Part shown: positions 23,866 to 36,100 of the stretch, one piece after another
How the letters are laid out: every line of letters starts with the position of its first letter
How positions within the stretch are numbered: the stretch's first letter is position 1
Notes under the pieces: generated by a model
The model's input: only the letters and a program-made list of their open reading frames with translations
Database searches by the model: none
What the model was told of the DNA's origin: nothing
From: Amoebophrya sp. A120
Taxonomy: Eukaryota; Protista; Dinoflagellata
Length of the DNA: 64,000 nucleotides
Direction: 5' to 3'
NCBI GenBank assembly: GCA_905178155.1
Contig: CAJINV010000021.1
Span: 731,530-795,529 of the forward strand
Translations under genes and position numbers: made by a program

Positions 23866-25116
23866 GATCTACTCTAGTACTGATGGATACAGAACCAAGC
23901 GTAGTGCTGCCTGGGCCGCGCAAGCAAGGCCGTATCAATGTAGTTGCGTGGTCAACTACAGATTTTCAGCCGTGCTGTCGTGCTAAGCATGATTTTGATG
24001 ATCGCGCATCGACAGAGAATGAGAAAGAGAAAGAGTTCTTGATGGAATAAGTTGTATGATGAGTCGTTGACCGAAGGAACGAGCAATACTTAGACCGACA
24101 GCAACAGGATCATCTTGTGGAGATCTTCAAAAGCTCTGGATTCAGATTCTTTGAGAAAAAAGCAAATTTCACCGGACAGCAGGCTGGTTTTTTGATTGAT
24201 GTGTGTCGAACCAGACCCAAAAAACAGAAACCTGCGAAAGCTGGACCGTGAACCTTTCATCTGCTGTAAATTGCCGCTGCGGCAAAAAAACTCTCACGTC
24301 ACTCTCAGGTTGTGAAAAAATGAAACAAACTACCAAAGAGGCGCTCAAAAAAAAAGTGAACAACATATACTTCATCTCGCCCTATCATGCGCGACGCGAG
24401 GGCGAGCGGGTCCAATAGAAGCCGCTACCTAACAAAGCAACAAGCTATGGAGTAGACGTGAGCAAGTGACAGAAGATTATAAACTAGCACGTGCAATTTT
24501 ACAGTCTCTGTTTATTTTCAGAGGTGTCGTCTCCTGTGTCTATTCGCATATGTTTATTCTTTCTATACAGTGTCAGTTACTTTCATTGGGAGGACTGGGA
24601 GCACTTCACGCTACATAGTACATTTTTGATGTTAGCTTGAAACGTGATTTTTTCGTTAGTTTGAAACATGATGATTTGGTAGATTGATAACATAGGATAA
24701 TAGTTAACCATGATGCCGTAACAGGCAGCCCTTCTGTGTCTCGAGATTCTCTTCTTTCTACTTCCAAGTTCGCTTTTGCAGCGTACTAAGTAGACAATGA
24801 ATTTGCTCTTCCATTTTGAAGATTTTCCACCGAGCTTCTTGTGAGTTAGTCGTTGAAACAAAATTTGCTTTTCCGGCACAATAAATCACTATATCACTAT
24901 TAAATTTGGGACTATAATGGACGATGGCAAGGCCTGACGCTGATGCACTTCTGGGACGTAACTCGTCAAATACCTGTTACCCGCTCTGTATCTGTTATCC
25001 ATTGTTCACTATCACTCGTGTCTATCGATATTAGGTTTTTTTGTTCTGATTTGAAATTTCAATTTTAATTTTTACGATCCGTTTGTACCCGCCTTTTTTT
25101 GAGCACCACACCCCAG

Positions 25117-28100
25117 CTATTTCCTCTCCTCCCCGCCGTCCGGGGGCTGGGGTGGTAAAGGCGGAGGCTGTGGTGCAGTCCCGCCAGCGTTAGAAGTCCT
25201 CCTGGACATCATCCCACCGTTCCCGTTGTTCGAGCCCCGTCTTGCGGTGAAGATCCCAGTTTCCGGTGGCTGCTGACTGTTGGACGAGCGCCGAACCCCG
25301 AACATCTGGCTCGCAATGTTCAGCATATTGTTTCCACCAGCGCCGCCGCCAGCGTCTTTTTTGCCTTGCTCTCCCTGAGCGCCACCACTAGTACTCGGCG
25401 AAGTTGTGGTCTTTCCAACGACGTCCCCTGCTCCACCTGCCTGTTGCAAACTCACTAGCGGCCCGACCGCTAACCCGCCGGCGGTGTCGTTGGAGTTGCT
25501 TCCCCTCCTAGGTTTTGGTGGTGCTGCCGTGAAAATGCTCGCGTGCGACTGCCGGCGGCCCCCGGCACCCTTGCTGGCCAGGCTACTGCTGGTGTGGTCT
25601 TGTTTCACCCCACCGGTCCGAAAGGTCGCGGCCAATCCGCGGTAGCTGGATAGCCGGTCCGAGCTCTGAATTACGCTCGGCGCGTGGGAGTTGAGCGTGC
25701 GGGGGTTCAGAGACTCGCGCAGCAATCCTGCGGGAACCTGGATCGACCGTGTGCTGTGGCTCTGCGTCGGTTTACCACCGCCGGAAGGACTCGTTGAAGG
25801 TTCGTCGAAGTCGCCGTCCTATTGGGTAGGTGTACAATCAACATGATTGGATAAGTGTGGTTTTTGAAATTTTTCTCGGTGAAAGCCCGCGGCCTCCGCT
25901 GAAGATATACTAGAATACAGCCCTATTGAATTTGTTAGTAGAGGTCGAAAGTCTCATCAAAGAAAAAGAATGTAAACAAATGCTGCTGCCATAAAATCCA
26001 GCTATAATACCCTCAAACCGCTCGAGCGTGGTTTGTTTTCGCTGGACCGTTTGTTTCCGTCAGACGGTGCCGCGAGGAGTTTGTTGTTCATTTTCTTCAT
26101 GGTTCCGGGCATTTGGGTGAAGTCCACCTCCGCGCCCACATGCTCGCAGAGCACGGACAGCATGTAGAGCATCTTGCGCTGATTCTCGTCCGTTTTCACC
26201 TCCAGAGACGTCAGCCTCTGCCCGAGTTTCTGCACGTACTGCTGCAGTTGCTGGATTTCCGCACCCTGCTTCATATTCATGGTCCCGCCCGCCAAAAAGT
26301 GCAGTGGCGCGCCAGATTTATTTCCGTAGTGACCCGCCGCGCCGCCCCCGTACAGCCCTCGAGTCGCACCACCCCCACCCCCGCCGGGAACTCCTAGGCC
26401 GTGCTGTTGACTACGGCCGGTGGACAGGTTTTTCGTAACCGTGAGGGTATTATTTCTGTTCGGCTGCATATTACTCCCCTCCTGCTGCTCGTGGGTATTG
26501 TCCTTATTGTTGCTCTTCCTCGTGTTTTTGATCAACTTATCCTTCGCACGGTTCAGTGACCTTTGCAGCTTCACTTTTGCGGGCTCCTTTTCGTCCTGCC
26601 CGGGTAATAGTTCGTCGTAGGACGGGTCGTGTTCGTTGGAATTGAAGCTGTTGTCTCGGGCCACGTCCGAGGATTGCGGGCCAACCGCGAGGTTGTTGTT
26701 ATTTCCACCTCCCGGCGGACCGGGCCCTCCGCCAATATAGCCGGTGCTCCCGCGAAAATTGCTGTAGGTGGCGGGAACCGCCTGCGAACTCGTCATCCCG
26801 AAATCGTCCGTTGGGGGCCCACCTCTGTGGTGGTGGTTTCCACCTGATGTGGCACCGCCGCCGCCTCTATTGGTCGCTGTGGACTCGCGGAGAAATTGGT
26901 TCCCGTCCAGCATCACGCTGGGCGTCGTGGAGCCGGCGAGTAACGTCGGGCCACCAAGTTGTCCCCCGCCGAAGTTTCTGTTGTGCTGGGGGGAGTGGGG
27001 GGACGCCATGGAGAAAGCGGAAGACTCAATCGATTCCGTCAACCTATTCCGGTCGTATTGCTGCTGATGGTAATTAGACGTCGTCGCGGTGGAGGAAGTG
27101 GTGAATGCTTTGAAACCAAAGGCGTTTTTGTTCTTTGGCGAGGAGGGTGAGGCTCCACTTGTTGTCCCTGGTGGTCTACCACCAGAACCACTATTTTCAT
27201 AACCTGGTCCAGAATTTCTCCCTTTTTTGATGTTTTTCTTCCACGAGTCCCTCGGACTAGATACGATTTTTTCCCCCGCACCTCCAGCCGCCTCGTCGGA
27301 TGATGGCAAACTCACTTCGTCGGCTGCACTGTGCTCGCTTTTCGCGGACGCGCGGTTTTTCTTTTTGCCTTTTGTCGAAGATGCGGACGAGCGATTCTTC
27401 TTGACGAGAGAGTTGTCTCGATTTTCTGCTACAAGCTCGCTGTCGGAAACGGAATTGTTCTTGTCGACGTCCCGTTTAGTATCAGATGTTGCGGAATGGT
27501 TATCTCCTGCACCAGCTCCCGCACCGCCCTCCTCGGAGCCCTGATCTCCTTTCGTATGGTCGTCCGCGTTGTCATTGTCGTCTGAATTGTCCGAGGAATC
27601 ATCGCTATCAGAACTACAGCTCTCGGGATTCAGGAAATCAGCCAGCGCGTTGTTCCCTACCCCGGATCCAGAGCTGCTGTTATCTCCTAGTCCGGCCCCC
27701 GCACCATGCCCCCCTATGAGGAAGTCTTCGTCTCCCAAACCTAAAATATTCTCCAAGTCCTGCTCCGCTACTTCTGGGAAGATCCCGCAGGCGAATTCTT
27801 GAAAAGTTATGGATCCAGAGCCGGTGCTGTCGAAGTAGTTGAAAAGCTTATGCGCGGTTTTCAAGCTGTTGAAGTGGAACGCTTCGAGCATCGTGCGGAA
27901 TTCGCCGAACTCGATTTCTCCAGATTCATCCTCGTCTACTTCGTCGAAAACTTCCCGCAAGTCCGCCATGCTGTAGCCCTGCTGCGACATGCGATTCCTG
28001 ACCTTCTGGATCAACACATACTGATCCCGGTTGAACCAAATTTCCGAAAACGTCGTGCCGACGATCGCGATTGGCATCGCCATGAAGATCACCCCGGCTA

Positions 28101-30431
28101 TCATCATCGCGACCGCGAATAATCGCCCCACTTCGGACTTCACCTCGATCCCGAAAGCGGGTGAGACGTCGATACTGATCACACAGACGATGCAAAACAG
28201 CATCGCGTCGGTGAGAGAATTCACCTGCCTGCCACAGTCTTCCTGGGCCGCGGACTCCGTTAAGTAGTCTTGCACGTTCACCTCCGGACCGCAGAATTCC
28301 GTCACGTCCTGCTCGGCCCAGAAGATGCTGCAGGAGCCGATGAACACGATGATGAGCAAGAAAAACGCCGGGATCTGCAGTGCCCGCATCGAGTCCGATA
28401 AACTTCTGTGTAGCAAGTGCCAGCCCGAGAAGTAGCGGCAGAGCTTCAGCAGCCAGAATAGGGAGGAGAAGAGGGTTAATATGTGGAAGATCCGGACGTG
28501 TTCCGACAACTTGCACACGTCGTTCAGCCAGAAGGGTAAAATCGCGAAAATGTCGCAAATTCCGTAGGGCTGCAGAAAAAACACGGATTTCACCGGCACC
28601 ACGATTACGCGGACGATGGTTTCTAGGGTTAAAACCGTCACGGTGATCATTTTCAACCACGCCGCAGTGTCGCCGTGGGACAGGTCTTCCGATAAATCGC
28701 CCTCCTGGAAGAGGAAGTTGTCCGCGTCGGGGACAAACGTGTACTTCAAATTCTGAATGGACAGAAACAGGGCGGTGACAATGCAGCCCAGGATGCACAG
28801 GGAATACATGGTCGTGCGGCGGGAGAGAAAGGGCTCCTCGAGGAAGAGCCTGTGGTGGGGAAATGGAAATTTGCAAATTTTTCACAACAAAAGCAGTAGA
28901 CCTCAGATTGCCATGGTGGTTTCTTGTTCAGCAAAGTCGCACAAGGATGATGAAATGTACCATATCAGAATCTTCCGCGTGTACAGCCAGGCGTAGAAGT
29001 CGAATTGGTAGTCCTCCTCGTCTTCAAATCCTCCGGCTTCCACAGAAAAGCCGGTGGTTACTGCCCGCATCAACTGTGCCCGATCCTCCCGGTCGACCTG
29101 CTGGGAAAGCATGTCCGTAACGGCCAGATTTGTGTTGCTCATACTTCCTGGCAAACCTGGGGGCCCACCGAGAAAAGATTTCCTCTTGTGCGCCCCCGTG
29201 GGCAGAAACTCCTGCAGTTTGTCATTCAGTCGGTCGTTGAGCAAAGGGCCGACATCGCCGCCCCAGGCGCTGCTCTGGGAAAATTGGGTGGAGGACCTGA
29301 TATGACGTATTACTTTTACTATGTATTATTGCAAAGTGAAAGTCTTGAAAAAAATAAGTAAGCGGAGGAAGCCCAGAGAAACCGAGCGCCAGCGCGAGAG
29401 AGAAAGACAAAATGGCAAACACGAAAGCACACCACGACCGCAGTTCTATTTCGTACCGCTTCAGGAGCTGCTTTCCCGGGGCAAAACTGGGCGCATTACC
29501 GGCAAAACTGCTCGTGAGGCTTGGCGGAGCGAGTGGTGCGATGAAGGAGACCTAATTTGGAACCATCAAGTGAGTTGCAAGAGCCATAATGATGTGCAGC
29601 CAAACACAGTAGCAACGCTAACGCAAGAGATGAAAATACAAAACTAAACCTGAGCCTCTAGTTCGCAAGACACAAGACAAAAAACAATACTGCGCTCTGT
29701 GGCTCTCGCTCCTGAAAACCCTCCGCCGAGTTGCTCCGTGTGAGCGCCTCTGCGTGTGAGGCGGCCTCTTCGTCCGTGTTTTGCGACGTGGTTTGGGCTT
29801 TCCTCTCCGCACTGGCGGTCGCCGGCTGCTGACTCGACATCATGTTGCCCGCGAGGGAGACGCGGCCAAAGATGCTCTGCACGAAACTTTTGCGCTGGGG
29901 GACCTCCGCAACCGCACCGAGCGACGGTGTGACGAGAAGACTGCTTTGCCCACGACGAAGTGCCTTACTGGGAGGACTAGTGGTCCCTTCGCCGCCACCA
30001 TCTAGTCCTCCCTGGTGCTGCAGCTGTGATGCCAACATTTTGGGTAGTTGCGCAGTGGAAAATATGCTTTTTTTCTGGCTGCACAGACATGCGTACTCGA
30101 AAACGGGTAAATATTTTTACGGCTGTGAGCCTACTAAAAATTTTACCTCGATGCTGTGACTGCCCCTTTCCGCTGCAGCCGCGGCCCCGACGGACATTTG
30201 CGAGTGTCGCCGCAGCAACTGCTTTTGGGGACTCTCCGGCAAAAACCTCCTCTTCTGCATCGTGTCATGCGTGCTAGCAATGGACCCGCGCTTGCTTTCA
30301 GGCGAAAACGGCCCATACTGCTGGCTGTCGTTGATGCCACGGAGCGGTTCCCAGGAAACTTCGCCGACCTGACTGGATGGTGCGCCAACTCCAGATGGAG
30401 GATCGGTCGTTATGTGGGGGCCGAATTCCAT
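25117..30431 (-). CDS. Kv/Shaker-like 6TM channel subunit with two EF-hands, atypical pore and S4; multi-exon, GT-AG introns only
   Basis: WLFLEEP pre-S1, FFLQPYGICDIFAILPFW (S3), LLKLCRY (S4 end), GRLFAVAMMIAGVIFMAMPIAIVGTTF (S6). EF-hands DEDESGEIEFGEF and DSTGSGSITFQEF. 5' exon boundaries are approximate. Confidence 0.85.
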
Positions 30432-31079
30432 CTTCGAAGGCTGGTGGCGCACCGGGTGTCCCGAGGACGCGATAGCTCTTTCAAGAAAGCTTCATTATTT
30501 TTTTCGAGCTGCAGAGGTGCCACAACATTGCGGTGCACTCACCGCCGCTGCTGCGCCTGCAAGCGTTTGAGTGCTGTGTGACTACTTCTTGTTATACCAA
30601 ACGCAAAATTTACGGGATTGCGGCACAAATGTACCGACTAGCTCGTGACACAAAACACTCTCAAATGCATCCCTCTCGTGGAATCGGGTTTGCGTCCGCT
30701 ACTTAGGGCTTTCAGTCACACTGGAGAACTTTCTGATATTGGTCACTACCACTCCCTCGCTGATAAGATTCTGCTGCACGCTTTCAAACCACCTATTCGC
30801 CCACTGCCACCGCAATTTATCTGCAAAAATCACACCGAAAACAAGGGCGCCACGAAGAAAGATACGTCTAACAACCCCCAGGAAAACACACGACTCGGGT
30901 GGATAGGAAAACACCAACCGGTCTCACGCAAACACAAACCTGTCGAAACACATTTTCTGGACCACCAGCACGAAAACCACAAACGCCAACGAGCCAGAGT
31001 CTAGCCACAGTTTTCGCGACATACGTTGTTGCTGCGCCCTTCCGGCTGACTGCCTGCGAAAAAAAGCTGCGACGGGGCG

Positions 31080-31790
31080 ATAACGCCACCACGCTCGCGC
31101 CGCTGCAGATAGCATGCCACTGAGGCCACCATGGACAACGAGCCCAACAATGCCGGCCCCGGGTAGAAGTGTACAATAGGCCTCCTGCTGCAATGGGCGC
31201 GCCGGGCGGGCGGCATCGCGCCCGGCCCCACGCCAATCGGCGGGCGGGAGAACACCACAACAAGCCCGCCGCCACCTCCGAACCCAGAAGCGCCCGCCTT
31301 TCCGGGGGGGCGCCACACCGCCCGAGCAGCTGGGGGCACGCCACGGGGGCGAGGAACAGGCGGGCCGGCGCCGGGCAGCCAAGAGGGGCAGGGCGCCCGG
31401 GCTTTGCGCCTGCGCGTGGCCAGCTCGGGCAACCCTACCGCGCAGGCAGGCGCGCAGTCGAGAAAGCAAGCAAGCGCGGCGGCCGCCATGCTTTATCTTT
31501 TTCCGTGACTGCCCCCGGTTTGCGCCCGATTTTTTGCATGGGCCGCGCCGCCGAGCCCAGGCTTCCGGAATGGTCACGACCTCGACATGTCCGCGGCCCC
31601 CCGGCCTTGCGCTTCGTCACGTTTCTCCGCCCAAGGACGTACGACGCGCGGTGGCTGCGGCGCAAAGCTCAAACACCTCGCCAACTTTGGCAAACTGCGG
31701 ACAAACCGCCGAGCGACGCCCGCCCACACGGTCACACTCACGGGAACACGGGGCGCGTCGGGCTTCCATCTCGGGCGCACAGCTAAGCAT
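31080..31790. other. Second very GC-rich decayed island
   Basis: Same texture as 2650-4620: G/C runs with A/T surviving mostly in homopolymer runs. No credible protein. Confidence 0.35.
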
Positions 31791-32049
31791 CCCTCTCTTT
31801 GGGATCAATCACACATCATGTGATCTCCGGCTCAACACACATCCAACTCGCTCCGTCTCTGTCTCACAACTTGCTCTAACACTAACACGCTCATCCTTCA
31901 TCGTCATTCAACAACGCTCAGAAGATGATCGAACACCACACCACCCGTACAAAAATTCGATCGCTTTTCACGTCACCGGCCTGCTCGACGTCCTTGTTTT
32001 TCTTCATTGACTATGTACAATTGCATCGAATTAAGTTTGTTCATATTCA

Positions 32050-33050
32050 AAGCATTTTGAATAAGTCTCAGAAACAGAAAACAATCCTATTGTAACAGAA
32101 TTTTTCATTTGCTCGAACGTGGTGCTGGTAATGCTAAATTAATATTGTCTGATTTCTAATAAAACTGGTCTGATATCACGCTAAGAAAACAGCTCAAAAC
32201 TAAATTGCTAATCCGTACGACATTCGTATTTCCGATTCTCACACAATACAGTTGTTGAAGACTACATTGCAAATTTCGTCATAGATACACAAACTACTGC
32301 TCCAGGCGTCTGTAAAATCAAATTTATTCGTTAGTGACTGACATCGTCTGAGCGATGCGGCCGGGAAACAAGTATAACAAACATCGATGTCATCGCGCTT
32401 TCGCAAAAGACGATGGACTTCTGGCTGGTGATCTAGCATTCCATTTTCTCTAGGTTTGGTAAATCGTAATCGTGTCTGCGATAGAATAGTAATGTTTTTG
32501 CCTGCTGCGACGAAACGGTCGCGGCAGACATCAAGCTCGAATAAATATCAACTGCTAATATTGGAAATCTGTTATGCATCAATAAACCAATAAACCTGAA
32601 ATCGCTCGTCCGGTCTGACACTGCGGACGTTGTCGTGTGTCTGAAACTAATGGGTAAACTTTTATTCTCGATAGAGTTTCAGCTCCTCACCGAGACTGAA
32701 ACTGTCTGAAAGTTGTGATTCATAGAAACAAGAAATGTTAAGTCTGCTAAACAAGTTGTAAAATTGGAAAGTCTGATCTGTATTCTCTGCTAATCTTAAC
32801 AAGTTGGGGCCCTCCGAAGTGAGATGCTCCCAACAAGGCTTGATACTGCCTGTGCGTAAGAGCACGATCAAGCATCTTGCGTTATTTGGTCTGATACTAA
32901 AAACTGCATTTTTTCGAAACGTCGAAACGGTAACTCTTGACTCTGCATTCTTATGCGTTTTCTGTCTGACTCTATCTCATATTGTACAGCTTCATTCGAT
33001 TTTTCTGAAATTTTCCGTAATGTCCTGATTGTACGTCACGTCTGTATCCA
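32050..33050 (-). pseudogene. AT-rich, possibly decayed coding sequence
   Basis: A chain of short protein-like minus-strand ORFs (32662-32871, 32433-32621, 32239-32439) broken by stops and frameshifts. No family recognised. Confidence 0.25.
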
Positions 33051-33166
33051 GGTTCGTTTGTTGTTGTTGAAATTATACCACTTTTTACATTTCCCCTTTG
33101 TCATTTTCTGACTCTTAGAAGTAGATTTCTCGTCTACTACTCTCTCCAGTCGATCCCCCGCTCCGC

Positions 33167-36100
33167 TCACGACACCATCCCGGCGTTCAACCTGGCTTGG
33201 TGCGCCGGCCAGAGATCCGTTAGCTTCAGCAACAGCCACTGCGTGTTGTCCGCCTTCTGGATCCACTGGTTGGACAGCTTCGACATCTGGCGCAACAGCG
33301 AGATGTAGGTCCGCATATGACTACCGGCATCGGGCAACCGGTCCTGCACGGCGGTCTCGACCGCGAGATTGTGGTAGCACACGACTAGTAGAGACGACAC
33401 TCCGGAGTTTGTCAGCTTGTTCAGAGCCTGCTGCAGGAAGTATTCTGCTTCGTGATGGTGGTTCTGCAGGAACAAAACCGATCCGTACCGCAGGCAGCAC
33501 TTCGCGAACCGATTGACGTGTTTCAGCTTCAAGTACCGCTGGCTTGCCTGCTGGAAGAAGGATTCCGCCTTGCTGGCCAGCTGCACGTCTTGGGGGGAAT
33601 AGTAGGCGACAGAGAGGGCCGTGTCGTAGAGGTAAGCCTCCAAAACCGCACGGTGCGCCGGGTGCAAATCCCTCAAAGCCGTCTGCATCGCCTCCAATGT
33701 CTGCAAACAGAGCCTCGCCGCGGCGGCGGAGTCGCTGTTCTTCAAACACAAACCGATGTAACCGACGAGGAGTTGGAAGATCGTCTCGATCAGCAGAGGC
33801 CGGTTTGCGACCAGCTGCGAGGGCTGGAAGACGTTCAGGTTGCCCGGGACGCACGTTTCCAACAACTTGATGCAAGCGGCGTAGTGACACTGCTTCTCGT
33901 GCTCGATGTACTGCTCGAGTTGCTTCGCGGGCAGCAACTGCAACACCTTCGAGCGGCACGCCGTGAACCGGTGGGCCTTGATCGGCAGCCACATGGGCTT
34001 CAGCTTTCCCTTGCACCAGTCCACCGTCACGTTCGGGGTCGGGACCTTTTCGTACGGCTTGTCCGCCGCGTCCTGCTTCAGTTTCGTCGCGACCGCCGCC
34101 TGCGCGGCCGGGTCGTCGCCCGCGGCTGCCATCTCCTCTTCGGCCTTCTTCTGCATGTAGTCCTCGCGAAACAGGTATTCGTCGGGTCGTTCTCGTTATC
34201 CCACGAAAAAACCGTTTCACTGTGATGATTTCGCAGGAAGAGGAACCGCATCACAAGTTTGTTACACATGACACAGAAAATTTGCCGCGCGCGTTTCCCA
34301 AGGGAAAATACGCTTAAAAATCCAACGGCTTGCAGGGAGGTGTAGCAAGGCAAATAGTTAAGTTCTGTGTTCCATTGTCTGCATCACAAGTTCACAGTGG
34401 AACAGTTTTTTCTTGCGATAGTCGCCTCGGCGAGGTTCCCGTGGAGAAGGGAATCACCGCCGGCTCGATGTCTTTAAACTGCGAGTCGTCGCCGTTTATC
34501 AAATGCAAATGTGTGGTCTGGGTCTGGAAGATTGCAAGATTTGTCATGCTAGTCTGGCATGACTCTGCAGTCTGTATTGCGTGGCCACCAAGAGGCCCTC
34601 TTGCCTGTCATGCAAAAGCGCAGTCTCTCATGCGAAATACGCAGCACAGAAGCACGAAAAAACTTGTCATGCTTGGCGGTGCATTTTTACAGAGCACTAT
34701 ACTGTTCACGGACTTGCACCATCACAAGTTTATTTTTCCAGACCCAGACTTATTTGCAATGCATACCGTTTGTTTCTTCCAAGTACCTTGTCAGGTAGTC
34801 TCCGGAGAGCTGAATGGCGTTTGGATCCGGTGGTCTCTCCATCTGCTGCTCCTCCTCCTGCGACTTCGACTCCGGTCGTTCCGGCTCTAGCGCCGCTTCC
34901 GACGCCTGCCTCCTGGCTGTCGGCGACATGTCCTGGTCATCCGCATCAAGCTGCCCGCCGGCGCGCTGCGCGGCCGCGGACAGGCCGACGCCGGACTGGC
35001 GGGAGCCCGGGGCCTGGGAGGTGGATGTGGAACCCGCGGTGGGTTTTCTGTGGAACAGCTCCGTTTCGACCGGTTTGATCCGGCCCGGCGCACCAGTCGC
35101 GTCGCCGCCCGCGCCCGCGGCTTCGGACTTCGGGACGTAGGCCTTGGAGAACCCGATGGCGCGGCCGCGCTTGAGCTGCGCGGACACGGATTCGACCATG
35201 GGTTTCAAAGAGGCGTTCTTCTCCAATAAGGAAACGAAATTCCTCACCACCGTGTCGTATGCGAAGGACAGCGCCTTCCAGATCTTCGCCATCTCCCGTC
35301 GCCGGTACATGTTGTACACGTAGAGCGCGTATAAATCCGCGCACGCCCGGTGATCCGCGGTAATCCTCACCTGCGGCAAGTCCTGCAGCGTCTCGACCGG
35401 GATCGCGCCTTTTTCCCCCCTTTCCGGCATACCGACTTGTTCCTGCTTGGACAACGCGCCCGGCCGCTTCAGCTCCTTCTGCTTCTTCTCCGCCTCCAGG
35501 CCCTGGCCACCGAGGTACTGGGACACGACCGGCTGGTAGGTGGCAATCTTTTCGTCGAGGGTTTTGCCGGAGTCCTTCCTCTATGCATTGCAAAAGCATC
35601 GTCTTAGAAGTACAATTCGCATGCCAAACAATTTTTTAGGAAGAAAGTATGAAATTTCTCATGCGGAGTTGGGTAAGAAAGCAGATGTGTCATGCAGCAT
35701 CGCAATGACTACTAGTACGACACTTTTGATGTCAACTGCGTAGCTTCTTGTTCGCTTTCCTGGTCAAGGCCGTCAGCTCGTCTTCGTCCTCATCCGGCTC
35801 GTCGCCGAGCGCCCGCGGCCAGTCGATCTCCTTGCAGTACCCGCAGATAACTTTCACGCGGTGTGAGTACCGCGCGCGGAGCATAAAACCCTTGAAGTTC
35901 GCCTGCAGCTTGCAGACCAGCGCGAGAATAGCCGTTGGCGCGGCGTTGAGGATCTGCTGTGCCTTCTCCGGGTCGGTCTTCTCGTAGGACTGCGACATCA
36001 ACGCAAAATTGTGCGTGTTCAGTCCGTCGTCCGGGTGCTCTGGCTTCGGGATTGGGATCTGGCACTGCTGGATGTGTCGCACGTTGATCTCGTTGACCGC

